This document shows, one piece after another, positions 33,913 through 43,248 of a stretch of 64,000 nt of DNA. The DNA comes from a virus. Below the pieces are notes generated by a model. The model saw only the letters and a program-made list of their open reading frames with translations. It was not told the origin of the DNA and searched no databases. The stretch is taken from positions 1 through 64,000 of the IMG/VR virus record IMGVR_UViG_3300027143_000001. One strand, 5' to 3'. The stretch's first letter is position 1; the number at the start of each line of letters is the position of its first letter. The position numbers were made by a program, and so were the translations under genes.

Positions 33913-36900
33913 TATTTGGTATTTGTGTATGTCTGCCTATAGTAGAGATAATCAGCGAAGAAAGTACGTGACGTGGTACCAACAGCTTTTGCAATATTTA
34001 GTTTTGCAACTATTGTTTGTGATGCACCCGTTGGTATGTTAGTACTATGCGTTGCCACAGCCACAGCCATGTCGTTAATAAAGTATTGTGCAGAATTACC
34101 TGCAGCATTGATGACGACCTTTAGTTTTACCCATGCACTGTTTGACACTGCCACCGCCGTAGTAGTCTGTGTTCTCACAGAGTTTGCGACGGAAAGGCAC
34201 TGCCAGTTGGCAGAAGCGACCGATCCATTGAGTGTGCCACCCTCATCATAAGTAAAAAATACACCATTGGTTTCTGCGGAATTGGTGGCAACACTACCAT
34301 ACCCTATAACAATACGGTACCTCTCAGTAGCGGTACTCAGAATTGGTATAAAAACCGATGTTTCATACACCATCTCGCCACCACCAGTAATCAAAAAATT
34401 AGATGCAGTGGTTGTGCCAAAAATACCAGAAACACCGGTAGCAGTTGTACCTGTAGCAGGCTGAATAAACCCTTGTTGGTTGGTAGCCCTAACAGTAGGA
34501 ACCGAACTTGGTACAACGGTCGCGCCAGCACCGCTCCAAAAAGCTGTATGACCTGAACCATCAGTACCGCCTGATGTAGAAACCGTAGTTAAAAAATCAT
34601 TGAAAAATTCGTAACCGTATTTTGAACGGTCACCATCAAACACAAGTTCATTGCCTGATCCCAATAGCGTATCACCGTGTATACTTTTGATGTTGGTACC
34701 AGATACCAGTGCAGCCTGTTTACCATTGAACGTGTTCCAGTGTGCAGCAGACAAGTAACCGTCAGTTGTGGTAGTGGCTTGCGTAATGCTGAATACCCCT
34801 GTGGTGTTGTTATACTGAACAGGTGCTGTTGCTGACAAGTCTGTCAGTGCAATGCCGCCACCAGGTGCCGTCTGGAATTCAACTTCACCAGATGCGGGAT
34901 CAACCAGCGTCAGCACGTCTCCCGTAGAAGCAGATGAGTAGTTTAGCGTTTTGATATATATACCCGTAGGCATTACATCAATACCTGCAGCTCCACTGGC
35001 ACCTGATGCAATCAGTGTAATATAAGCGTCTCCTCCACCAAACACAGAGACCATGAGACGAGCTTGTTGCACACTATCGTCTACGTTTATATCCACAAAC
35101 TTGGTGGAATTGAACGAGTATTTACCAACGTTATCCCAAAAAAAGTCATATCCTGCCACATCAATGTTGTTGATCTGGTTGAGTAATGCATTGTTAGTTA
35201 TTACATCCTGCAAACCATACTGAGGCATTTCAGGTATTGATTGAGTAGACAATACACCTGCACTATCTGCAACCACCATTCTGGTATCTATTCCTGCAAG
35301 CACACGAAATTTTACCAACCCTGTTACCAGGTCCATGGCATAATGTGTCAGACCTGTTGTTGCAGTAACTGTAGGGTTGTAGTAAAACCCTGTGAACGTT
35401 GAAGTACCTGTTGTGTAGTTCAACGTTGGCATCAGGTTTATTCCATAGTTGTCAAGACCTGTAGTATTAACTGTGTTACCAATTGCATCACCTGTAAAGA
35501 TTTTAATCAGTGACTGTCCTCCAGTGTGTATGGTACCGTTGTTACTATAGGTAGCATTAAATGCAAATACAGATTTGATAGCAGCACTTGATGCAAATCG
35601 TAAGTCTCCTATAAAAGTCAGAGCATGCGCCCCTGCAGCATTATATGCACTTTGTCTGGTGAATCCATCGGCAGTATGCGATATATGCATCTGATCACGA
35701 AAAGAGTGTGCACCAGTTCTAATGTCTATACCGTAGAAAATACCTTGTGCTCTGACAGATCCGTTGACATCCAGTTTGTAACCGGCATCTGTTGGTGATG
35801 AGGATCCGATGACTACATTTCCATTGGCAAATATCTGCTGCCTTATAATATCCTGTGTTCTGAGCTCTAAGTTTCCTGTGCTGTATTCATTTGACAACAC
35901 CACGTTGAGTGTAGCGTTGTTGTAACCCAGGTACGATTTAGCAGAAGGAGAAAGTGTTGTCTGGTTTATGTAAAACTTCATAAACCCGCTGCTGGACTCC
36001 CTTTCAAATACCAGGTTGTTTGCTTCTGTTCTTAGTCTGGTCGCTGTACCTGCATATATAGTACTGGTAACACCTGTTGCAGTTATACCACCTACAGTAA
36101 TTGTGTTTAAGGTAGTGTTTCCCCTGGTTGTTACACTATTCAGCGTGTCTGCCTCTGCTGTAATATAACCAGCAGTACTGTGATCACCCCATCCGTAAGC
36201 TGTATTCCAGTTTGTAATATCTGTAGATGATATTGCTGCAGCAGCACTTGCCGTAAAAATCGGGTCTGTCTCTGTAAATGAAGTGATAAATCCAGCATCA
36301 TTGGTAAACTGACTAAGTGCTGTAGGTTTGTTCAGAATTTGTGCTTCACCTGTAGTAGCATTCCAGTCAGAAAGAATCTGGCGCAAACGATTACCTACGC
36401 CCAGATCTGTCCAATAAGCATTGCCACCTATAACAGGTGGTACACCATCGTTGTTAGCAAGTGCCGAGTATATATGACCCTGGTAGTACACCAGGTCACC
36501 TACTTCATACTGTGTTCCGTAACCGCTAAAGTGATAGCTGTCCAATTGTGTGGCAACTTTAAGTGGTGCGGATGCATTTTCCAGATTAGTAACACGACCA
36601 TCAATATCTGATGTCTGGCCATAAATGGTTACAATATCACCCTGTATCCCGGTTACAGCAGTTTCCAAGATGCTTACACTACCCTGCAGGTTAATGATAT
36701 CTGCTAGGATAATATCAATGCTGCCATAGATACTAGTGACATCCCCCTGTAAGGTGGTGATGTCGCCCTGTATATCAATGATGACCTGGCAGTTTAATAG
36801 CTCTGTGCAATCAATGCCACCGCCACCTGTTGTCTGAATGACCAGTTCACCACCTGTATAAGTTGCAGTACCGGTGACGTCACCTACTAATTTTAACGTG

Positions 36901-37151
36901 CTCAAGCTGCGCTGTATCTTTTCAATCGCACCAAGCACCGTGTCAGAAGCCATTACAGGATTTGCGTAACGGTCTACTTCTGTAAAACCGTCAAGCGGTC
37001 GCTGCAATACCAAATCAGTTTCCTCAATGCCTGTATGCTTTGTCCACCAACCATGTTTAATATAGGCGAGCACAAAACCAGGATCCGCTGTACTTACAGG
37101 GACTCCTTGATAATCAGGCAGTTCAAAAGGTACAAGAAACTTAGATGGCAT
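33912..37151 (-). CDS. tail fibre / receptor-binding protein
   Basis: Heptad coiled coil, CBM-like Y.VGD.V.Y.G..Y...W motif, ETDP motif, YKLDVNG, Gly/Thr-rich beta regions, lectin-like C-terminus. Confidence 0.85.
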   Translation of the reverse strand: MPSKFLVPFELPDYQGVPVSTADPGFVLAYIKHGWWTKHTGIEETDLVLQRPLDGFTEVDRYANPVMASDTVLGAIEKIQRSLSTLKLVGDVTGTATYTGGELVIQTTGGGGIDCTELLNCQVIIDIQGDITTLQGDVTSIYGSIDIILADIINLQGSVSILETAVTGIQGDIVTIYGQTSDIDGRVTNLENASAPLKVATQLDSYHFSGYGTQYEVGDLVYYQGHIYSALANNDGVPPVIGGNAYWTDLGVGNRLRQILSDWNATTGEAQILNKPTALSQFTNDAGFITSFTETDPIFTASAAAAISSTDITNWNTAYGWGDHSTAGYITAEADTLNSVTTRGNTTLNTITVGGITATGVTSTIYAGTATRLRTEANNLVFERESSSGFMKFYINQTTLSPSAKSYLGYNNATLNVVLSNEYSTGNLELRTQDIIRQQIFANGNVVIGSSSPTDAGYKLDVNGSVRAQGIFYGIDIRTGAHSFRDQMHISHTADGFTRQSAYNAAGAHALTFIGDLRFASSAAIKSVFAFNATYSNNGTIHTGGQSLIKIFTGDAIGNTVNTTGLDNYGINLMPTLNYTTGTSTFTGFYYNPTVTATTGLTHYAMDLVTGLVKFRVLAGIDTRMVVADSAGVLSTQSIPEMPQYGLQDVITNNALLNQINNIDVAGYDFFWDNVGKYSFNSTKFVDINVDDSVQQARLMVSVFGGGDAYITLIASGASGAAGIDVMPTGIYIKTLNYSSASTGDVLTLVDPASGEVEFQTAPGGGIALTDLSATAPVQYNNTTGVFSITQATTTTDGYLSAAHWNTFNGKQAALVSGTNIKSIHGDTLLGSGNELVFDGDRSKYGYEFFNDFLTTVSTSGGTDGSGHTAFWSGAGATVVPSSVPTVRATNQQGFIQPATGTTATGVSGIFGTTTASNFLITGGGEMVYETSVFIPILSTATERYRIVIGYGSVATNSAETNGVFFTYDEGGTLNGSVASANWQCLSVANSVRTQTTTAVAVSNSAWVKLKVVINAAGNSAQYFINDMAVAVATHSTNIPTGASQTIVAKLNIAKAVGTTSRTFFADYLYYRQTYTNTK

Positions 37152-37206
37152 ACGTAGATTATAGGAGAAGGCAGTGATACCTCCTCCTATATAATATACT
37201 CAATTC

Positions 37207-40200
37207 TTACTGATTTTTCTTCATCTGTTGCACTCTGTCTTCAGGGTCAAAGAAGTCGCGGAAGTTGCGGATACCAGTGAGATCTTCAATGTCTTTGACG
37301 ATCTTGGCATCACCCTCTTCAAAGCGTCCTGCCTTGCGGGTATAGAACGCATCTTTCCATATCTGGTAAGCTACATCCCCGTCATATTCAGGGTCTGGTT
37401 CTTCTCCACCGTTGTACATCATAGCCATGATATAGTTTAAACCATGGGAGCCAAAGCGCTTGATTGCGTTCAACTCTCGTGTATACACTGTCAGTGAAGT
37501 AAAGTTCCTGATGTACTCATCAGATCCCCCACCTAGCGGGAACATGGATGTGGTCTCCCCTTTCACACCCCACAGGACGCGCAGCATGTTTCCTTCCAGC
37601 ATGCTAATCTCTTCATCGTCATCATCCTTTCTTCTCAAATAACTCATGGCTGCCATAGACAACATACTCATAATGGCCATCATGATCATATCACGGCGGG
37701 CCTGCGCAATCTTGCGGGAGTAGAAATCCCCCTGGCGTTCTGAAGTCTGACCTGTGTCCTTGTCCATCACGTCAATCAGGTCCATGTTGCTGCCGAACTT
37801 TCTGGCAAGCTTGTCGCCCAGTACCAAGTGCTTCAGTGTATTTGCAGGACCGTAGTATTGCCATGCCATGGACACTGCTCTCCAGTAACCCACCGCTACC
37901 TCACCTGCCTCCCAGTTAGGTCTCAGGTATCCAAAGCGATTAAGTACTTGAGGAATAAGGTATTTACGGTAGAAAAACATCAGCTTACCCAGTACAGTTT
38001 GTTCAAACTTAGCTTGGTCAGACTGTGCGTAGTTACCCTGTGCACGACGAATCTCTGAGTAGATAATGTTTCTCAGGCGGTTCTCATCTTCTTCACTGTA
38101 CTCAACCATGGGATTACGCGTCAACATACCTGAGCTGTCCTTGTAATACGCCTCGTGTGCAGGGACCAATACATCGTTTCCTTCAGCATCCTTCTCATAC
38201 ACTGCTTTACCGCTGGCATCAAAGCTTGCGATCTTCTTGAACCTGTACTTGTTCATCACAGCATACATCACGGTCAAACCGATTTCTGTATCTCCTTTGT
38301 CCTGGATCATGTTACCCATCTCCTGGATGTTCATGACCTTACCCATCACACGGCGAGTGCTGCCTCCGGTTACGTCGCTGACATACTTGGTATAGTCTTT
38401 CTGCAATGGGTTAATCATGCGGTACAACATAGTGCTTTCGGTCAAGTCGCTGACCTTACCCCAGTCTTTGAAGTAGTTAGCCAAAAATCCGTCATATCCA
38501 TAGATCTTACCCTTGGCCCACATAAAGTCGCCCTGGCTAAAGTGGTCACTCTTGAAGTTACCTGCAGCAATCCAGGTCTGTACGTTACCAGAGATGTAGT
38601 TTTTCATCTGGTTAGCTACGTCAAAACCCATACGGATGAACGCCGTGTACGCCATTACCTGCTTAAGTCGCTTTCTCAGTACGCGTGCCTTGGAGTCTTC
38701 GTTCTCCTCCTGGCCGTATGCAAACTTCTTACGTTCAAACTTCAGCTGGTCAATGATCTTATCCAGCTCACGCTGGCGCACAGACATGTCTACCGGTTTG
38801 CGTTCTCCTGTTACAGGATCTGTCACATAAGTGGCACCAGCTTCAATCTCTCTTTTCAAACGACCGGACATCATCTCCAGATAAGTAATTGCGTTGTCTG
38901 CCATAGGCACAGCGTCTTGCATAGCAATGTTGAAGTTAGCCTCCAACACATACTTGATCATCGCACCGATGGCGTCCTGTGTCTGGATGTTAGGGTCAAG
39001 CTGCTCGGTAAAGCGCATGCGAATACGTCCTCCCAAATCTCCATACACGTTGGATACACGCTCTTGCTCTCCTACTGCTCTCACACTTTTATCCACAAAC
39101 TTGCTCCACTCTTTTTTCAGTCCACCCATGATTCCTTCTTCTGCCAGGTTCTCAATAAGGGACGCAGCATAACCGGGTACCATATATCCAACCTTGCGAC
39201 CCTCCACCTTTTTTTGCAGCTCAAAGAACATGTCCATCATCTTGTTGTAAAACGTCATGACCTTTGGGTCAGCCATCAACTTCTTATAGTTGTCATTGAT
39301 GTTTGGACTATTCTCATAACCAGGCATAATCTGGTAGTGGCCGTTGGCGTCTACTGTTATACCTTTAGGCATAGGGATACCGTCAGGGCTTTGCAAAAAC
39401 GCAGGGTTCTTGGCGCTCTCTCTGATACGCTTGATGCTATACTTTGGATGCGGTAACTCCGTATCCATGTATTGATCATACACAGATGGGTTTACCACCA
39501 CCTCTTCGTTAAATGTCTTTGGTGTTACGTTACCACGCACGTCATAACCTTTCGCAATAGACTGGTAAGGCTGATAGTGGTTCATATTATACCACTGCTC
39601 AAAGTCTGTTTCCACTACGTCAAACTGTACGGTGTAGAAACGCAAGTCTTTCTGCGCTTTCTTGATAACATCAGGATCACCCTTTGCACGTGCTGTGGCA
39701 AGATCATTCTCCGCGTTGATCATATTGCGGTATGCGCTGTCCAGCATGCGGTACTTATCGTCAAATAGTTCTGTGTAGTACTTACTCAACTGACGCATGC
39801 TCAGCATTTCCAGCGTTGCGTTTATTGCGCTTAGCTCCTGCTTTTCATCTTGTGTAAGTTTAGGGGCTGTCTTATCCTCCTGGCGCTCTGCTATGATATC
39901 CTGTATCTCTCCCTCAATTCTATCAAGCTCCTCAATCTCTTCAGCCTGCATGTACTTAGGATTGAACCTTCCTGCTGCATCTTTGTGTGGACGCATAATG
40001 GAACGTTTTTCCTCCATAAGTTTTTGGATACGATCGTCTGTACCAAATATGGCAGCACGCGCCTCATACAGTTCAGCCATCTTCTCATACCACTCAGCCT
40101 TTGGACGGTTAATGGTATTCTCTTTCAACCACTTGGCCCACATGTCAGGGTCATCAGCGTATCTGTTGAATGCGTTATCATACATACGCTTGAACAAACC

Positions 40201-43200
40201 TTCATTGGGTATAAACTCAAACAGTTTGTCAAACTCCTGCATGTAACGCGCATAGTCTGGGTTACGCTTCTTGGCCTCTGCCTTCAGCTTCTTGATCTCT
40301 ACATTGATCTCTTTTACACGGTCCAGGTCAGACTCCTCCAGCAACACTTCGTTGCGGGCACCTACCTGGTGCATGATCACCTGGATCTCCAGATACTTCT
40401 TCTGCATCTCGTCGCGGATGTCCTGAGGCAGAAGCTGCTGTAACTTATAGTAAGAATCTACATAAGGTAAGCTGGCATTCTTTTGCAGCCATGTCATGTA
40501 GTTGTCTACTTCCTTTTCACGCTCGCGCTTTTTATCCAAGTACGTTTTCTCCAGCGTTTTCATATCACGCTCTTTTTCACGCATCTCCTTTTCCAACTTA
40601 GTGTTGGTAGGATCTGCAGCCAGTGCTTTGGCAGCTTTGCTGTACACACTGAATGAAGCAATGTAATTGCGGTTGGCATCATACACCTGCTTATTCATCT
40701 CACGCATATTTGTAGAATACGCACGGTATGTCTGCTCGTATGCCTCACTCATGGGTTTGGTAAAGTTGAGCACACGTTTTTCTATTGTCTTACCGCTTTT
40801 TGAATCCACCCATTGTACTGTTCTCCATTCGCTTACAAGCTTGTTAAGATCGCCAATACTCATGGATTTCAGTAGCTCATCACGTGCGTTGTCAAAATCA
40901 AGGTTAACCATATTACGCATGGCTTCACGCTGGGCGTTGGCCTGGGCGCGCTTGAACATCTGTACATATGCACTAACAATCATGTTACTGTCACTCACAC
41001 CTGCAATCAGCTCTCCACCGGATACAATGTTACCAAGACCTGCAAACGCGCTGTTGTTGAAAATATCTTTAGACGCCATGTGAAAATCACTGTTGGGGTC
41101 TGTGACACCCTCGATGAACTTTCTCAAGTCTGCATCATCAAATGACACACCTGTCTCCAGGTATTGCTCTAGGTTCTTGATCTGTATTTCCAGTGATGTC
41201 ATCTCGCCTACCAGGCTGTTACCATTGGCACCCAGCTTCTCCGCAATCTTCTCCTTATACTCTTTACTCAAAAACGACAATGTTGTATTCTTTAGCCAAG
41301 GCATCACACCCGCAAACTCGCCTTTTTGTAACTTGGCAAGCTTGGCTTTCAGGGCATTGATCTTGGGTATCAAACTTTCTTCTGACTGACGTTTGACTCC
41401 CTCAAAGGTTTTCTCTCCCATCATCTTCGCAATCTCTACCAGGTTCTCTAGTCCAGCCTCAGAAAAGTTTCCTTCAATGCGGGCATTAGCCAGCTCCATA
41501 GATTGCAACTTCTTGCTGATCTCAGAGTCCAACCCCAGCTTTTCTTTATTGGCAGGATTACGACGGCCCTCATCCACTATCTCTTTCAGTGCCATGATTA
41601 CACTCCACATCCCGCGGGACTTGTTGTACACCATACCTATCTGAGACTTGTGACGGTTCTTCTCCTTCTGGTTGGTTGCGTTCTTTAGTCCAGCAATAGC
41701 CACGTCACTGGATTCTTCCAGCTGGATCAAGTCGTTTTGCAGGTAGTCCAATACCAGGGAAAAGTTTACACTGGCTGAAGCGTCCTGTCTGGCCAGGATA
41801 TCATCAAAGCTGCGCAGTGTTTCTCTGCGGTCAGCCAATACCTTTCTGCGCTCCGGGTCTTTGTTTTCAGACTTCTCCAGGTCCGCAATCTGTTTGATGA
41901 TGTCATCCAGTTCTCTTTTTACTGCGTTCTTCAACGCGGCCATCAAACGCTCCATGCCTGCCTTTGAAGGTTCAAAGTCAAAAATGTTAGCTTTCTTCTT
42001 AGCCTCCTCTGTCTTAGCAGAACCAGGATAAGGTACTTCCTCATCAATGATACGACGCATGTCTGCAATACGCTGGTCACTGGTGCTAAGTTTGGTCTCT
42101 AACTCATAGTTAGTACCGGGCTGCAGTACACCGCGGGCGTAATCGTAGTAGTTATCCTTGTTAAATATGTGCAGGTTAGCTGCACGGTAACTTCCGCTGT
42201 CCTGATCTGTCTCATACAACAATGCTACAATCTGGCTTTTGATGGTGTTGATACCATGCTGGGCCAGAATGTTTTCATACGTCTTCAGCTGCAAGGTCCA
42301 TGTGTCATACGCTGTACGGTATTGTTTCTTTAGTAATCTCAGCGTACCTGCTTTACCATCAACCTTCATGTTTTTATGTGCCAGATGCAACATCACAGCA
42401 GCCTTATCCATGTACGTTTCTCCTGTAACAGGGTCAGTCACGGTAGTACCGCTCACTTTCTTTGTCTTAAAGTCAAAGATCTCTACGTTACCATCAGAGT
42501 CAATAAGCAACATGTCTAGTCGACCAATCACCATGCTACCACTCTTGGTCATACCGGTAACGGTAATCTCTGGCAGGATCATGTAGTTTTCGTCTGCTTT
42601 GGCAGTTACCTGGATCGCAATACGCGTAGCCAGGTTAAACATCATGTCTTTAGGAAAATCCTTTACTTCTTTTTTCTTGCCCTCTACGTAGAACTTCTCA
42701 TAGCGCTTCTCAAAGAAATCACGTGTCAGTACCTGAGAGATGTTACGACCGGTGCTTAGTGCATCCTGCTGTGCAAGTTCAATCACTTCATGCATAAAGA
42801 TTCCAAACTCTTTGAACTCCTCATACTTGCTGGGATCACCCTTGAAGTCTGCGGAACCGAGCAGGTTGGATACGCTTACGGTCTTTACAGTCTGCTCACC
42901 ACGAGCTGCCTTATCAATGTTATCCTCAAGGAATCTCTGATAAGAACGGTTCATATTGATGAGCGTCTGCAGTTGTGCATTCTGTGCATCTGTACCGCGG
43001 AGCATCATGTTCTCCAGGTGCTTCTCCTGCTGCTTGGCACGTATGAGTTTAAACTCATCGCTGGACAGTGAGATCTGTTCATCTTTCTCCTGGGTAGGCA
43101 GACTTTGCAAAAGTTTGTGTGCGGTGGCTACATCAGGCACCTCAAAGTTGTTCATTTTGTAGACCGCTAGTGCATCACCCTCGCTGCCAAGTGCGGCAAC

Positions 43201-43245
43201 AAGGGATTTCCATGCGGGGTCGTTAGGGTTTGGGCAAGAGCTCAT
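37207..43245 (-). CDS. giant virion cargo protein with N-terminal PD-(D/E)XK nuclease-like domain
   Basis: G..MH, PE, GRLDML...IFDFKT, LQL..Y; long helical body; hydrophobic C-terminal segment. Confidence 0.8.
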   Translation of the reverse strand: MSSCPNPNDPAWKSLVAALGSEGDALAVYKMNNFEVPDVATAHKLLQSLPTQEKDEQISLSSDEFKLIRAKQQEKHLENMMLRGTDAQNAQLQTLINMNRSYQRFLEDNIDKAARGEQTVKTVSVSNLLGSADFKGDPSKYEEFKEFGIFMHEVIELAQQDALSTGRNISQVLTRDFFEKRYEKFYVEGKKKEVKDFPKDMMFNLATRIAIQVTAKADENYMILPEITVTGMTKSGSMVIGRLDMLLIDSDGNVEIFDFKTKKVSGTTVTDPVTGETYMDKAAVMLHLAHKNMKVDGKAGTLRLLKKQYRTAYDTWTLQLKTYENILAQHGINTIKSQIVALLYETDQDSGSYRAANLHIFNKDNYYDYARGVLQPGTNYELETKLSTSDQRIADMRRIIDEEVPYPGSAKTEEAKKKANIFDFEPSKAGMERLMAALKNAVKRELDDIIKQIADLEKSENKDPERRKVLADRRETLRSFDDILARQDASASVNFSLVLDYLQNDLIQLEESSDVAIAGLKNATNQKEKNRHKSQIGMVYNKSRGMWSVIMALKEIVDEGRRNPANKEKLGLDSEISKKLQSMELANARIEGNFSEAGLENLVEIAKMMGEKTFEGVKRQSEESLIPKINALKAKLAKLQKGEFAGVMPWLKNTTLSFLSKEYKEKIAEKLGANGNSLVGEMTSLEIQIKNLEQYLETGVSFDDADLRKFIEGVTDPNSDFHMASKDIFNNSAFAGLGNIVSGGELIAGVSDSNMIVSAYVQMFKRAQANAQREAMRNMVNLDFDNARDELLKSMSIGDLNKLVSEWRTVQWVDSKSGKTIEKRVLNFTKPMSEAYEQTYRAYSTNMREMNKQVYDANRNYIASFSVYSKAAKALAADPTNTKLEKEMREKERDMKTLEKTYLDKKREREKEVDNYMTWLQKNASLPYVDSYYKLQQLLPQDIRDEMQKKYLEIQVIMHQVGARNEVLLEESDLDRVKEINVEIKKLKAEAKKRNPDYARYMQEFDKLFEFIPNEGLFKRMYDNAFNRYADDPDMWAKWLKENTINRPKAEWYEKMAELYEARAAIFGTDDRIQKLMEEKRSIMRPHKDAAGRFNPKYMQAEEIEELDRIEGEIQDIIAERQEDKTAPKLTQDEKQELSAINATLEMLSMRQLSKYYTELFDDKYRMLDSAYRNMINAENDLATARAKGDPDVIKKAQKDLRFYTVQFDVVETDFEQWYNMNHYQPYQSIAKGYDVRGNVTPKTFNEEVVVNPSVYDQYMDTELPHPKYSIKRIRESAKNPAFLQSPDGIPMPKGITVDANGHYQIMPGYENSPNINDNYKKLMADPKVMTFYNKMMDMFFELQKKVEGRKVGYMVPGYAASLIENLAEEGIMGGLKKEWSKFVDKSVRAVGEQERVSNVYGDLGGRIRMRFTEQLDPNIQTQDAIGAMIKYVLEANFNIAMQDAVPMADNAITYLEMMSGRLKREIEAGATYVTDPVTGERKPVDMSVRQRELDKIIDQLKFERKKFAYGQEENEDSKARVLRKRLKQVMAYTAFIRMGFDVANQMKNYISGNVQTWIAAGNFKSDHFSQGDFMWAKGKIYGYDGFLANYFKDWGKVSDLTESTMLYRMINPLQKDYTKYVSDVTGGSTRRVMGKVMNIQEMGNMIQDKGDTEIGLTVMYAVMNKYRFKKIASFDASGKAVYEKDAEGNDVLVPAHEAYYKDSSGMLTRNPMVEYSEEDENRLRNIIYSEIRRAQGNYAQSDQAKFEQTVLGKLMFFYRKYLIPQVLNRFGYLRPNWEAGEVAVGYWRAVSMAWQYYGPANTLKHLVLGDKLARKFGSNMDLIDVMDKDTGQTSERQGDFYSRKIAQARRDMIMMAIMSMLSMAAMSYLRRKDDDDEEISMLEGNMLRVLWGVKGETTSMFPLGGGSDEYIRNFTSLTVYTRELNAIKRFGSHGLNYIMAMMYNGGEEPDPEYDGDVAYQIWKDAFYTRKAGRFEEGDAKIVKDIEDLTGIRNFRDFFDPEDRVQQMKKNQ

Positions 43246-43248
43246 AGG

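Noticed and set aside
31463-37151. Diversity-generating retroelement or invertible tail cassette
   Set aside because: No reverse transcriptase, no TR/VR repeat pair and no flanking inverted repeats were seen; the integrase is far away and has its own att-like site.
38155-39456. 433-aa + strand ORF and other long antisense ORFs
   Set aside because: Shadow frames of well-supported genes with implausible His/Val/Leu-rich composition.
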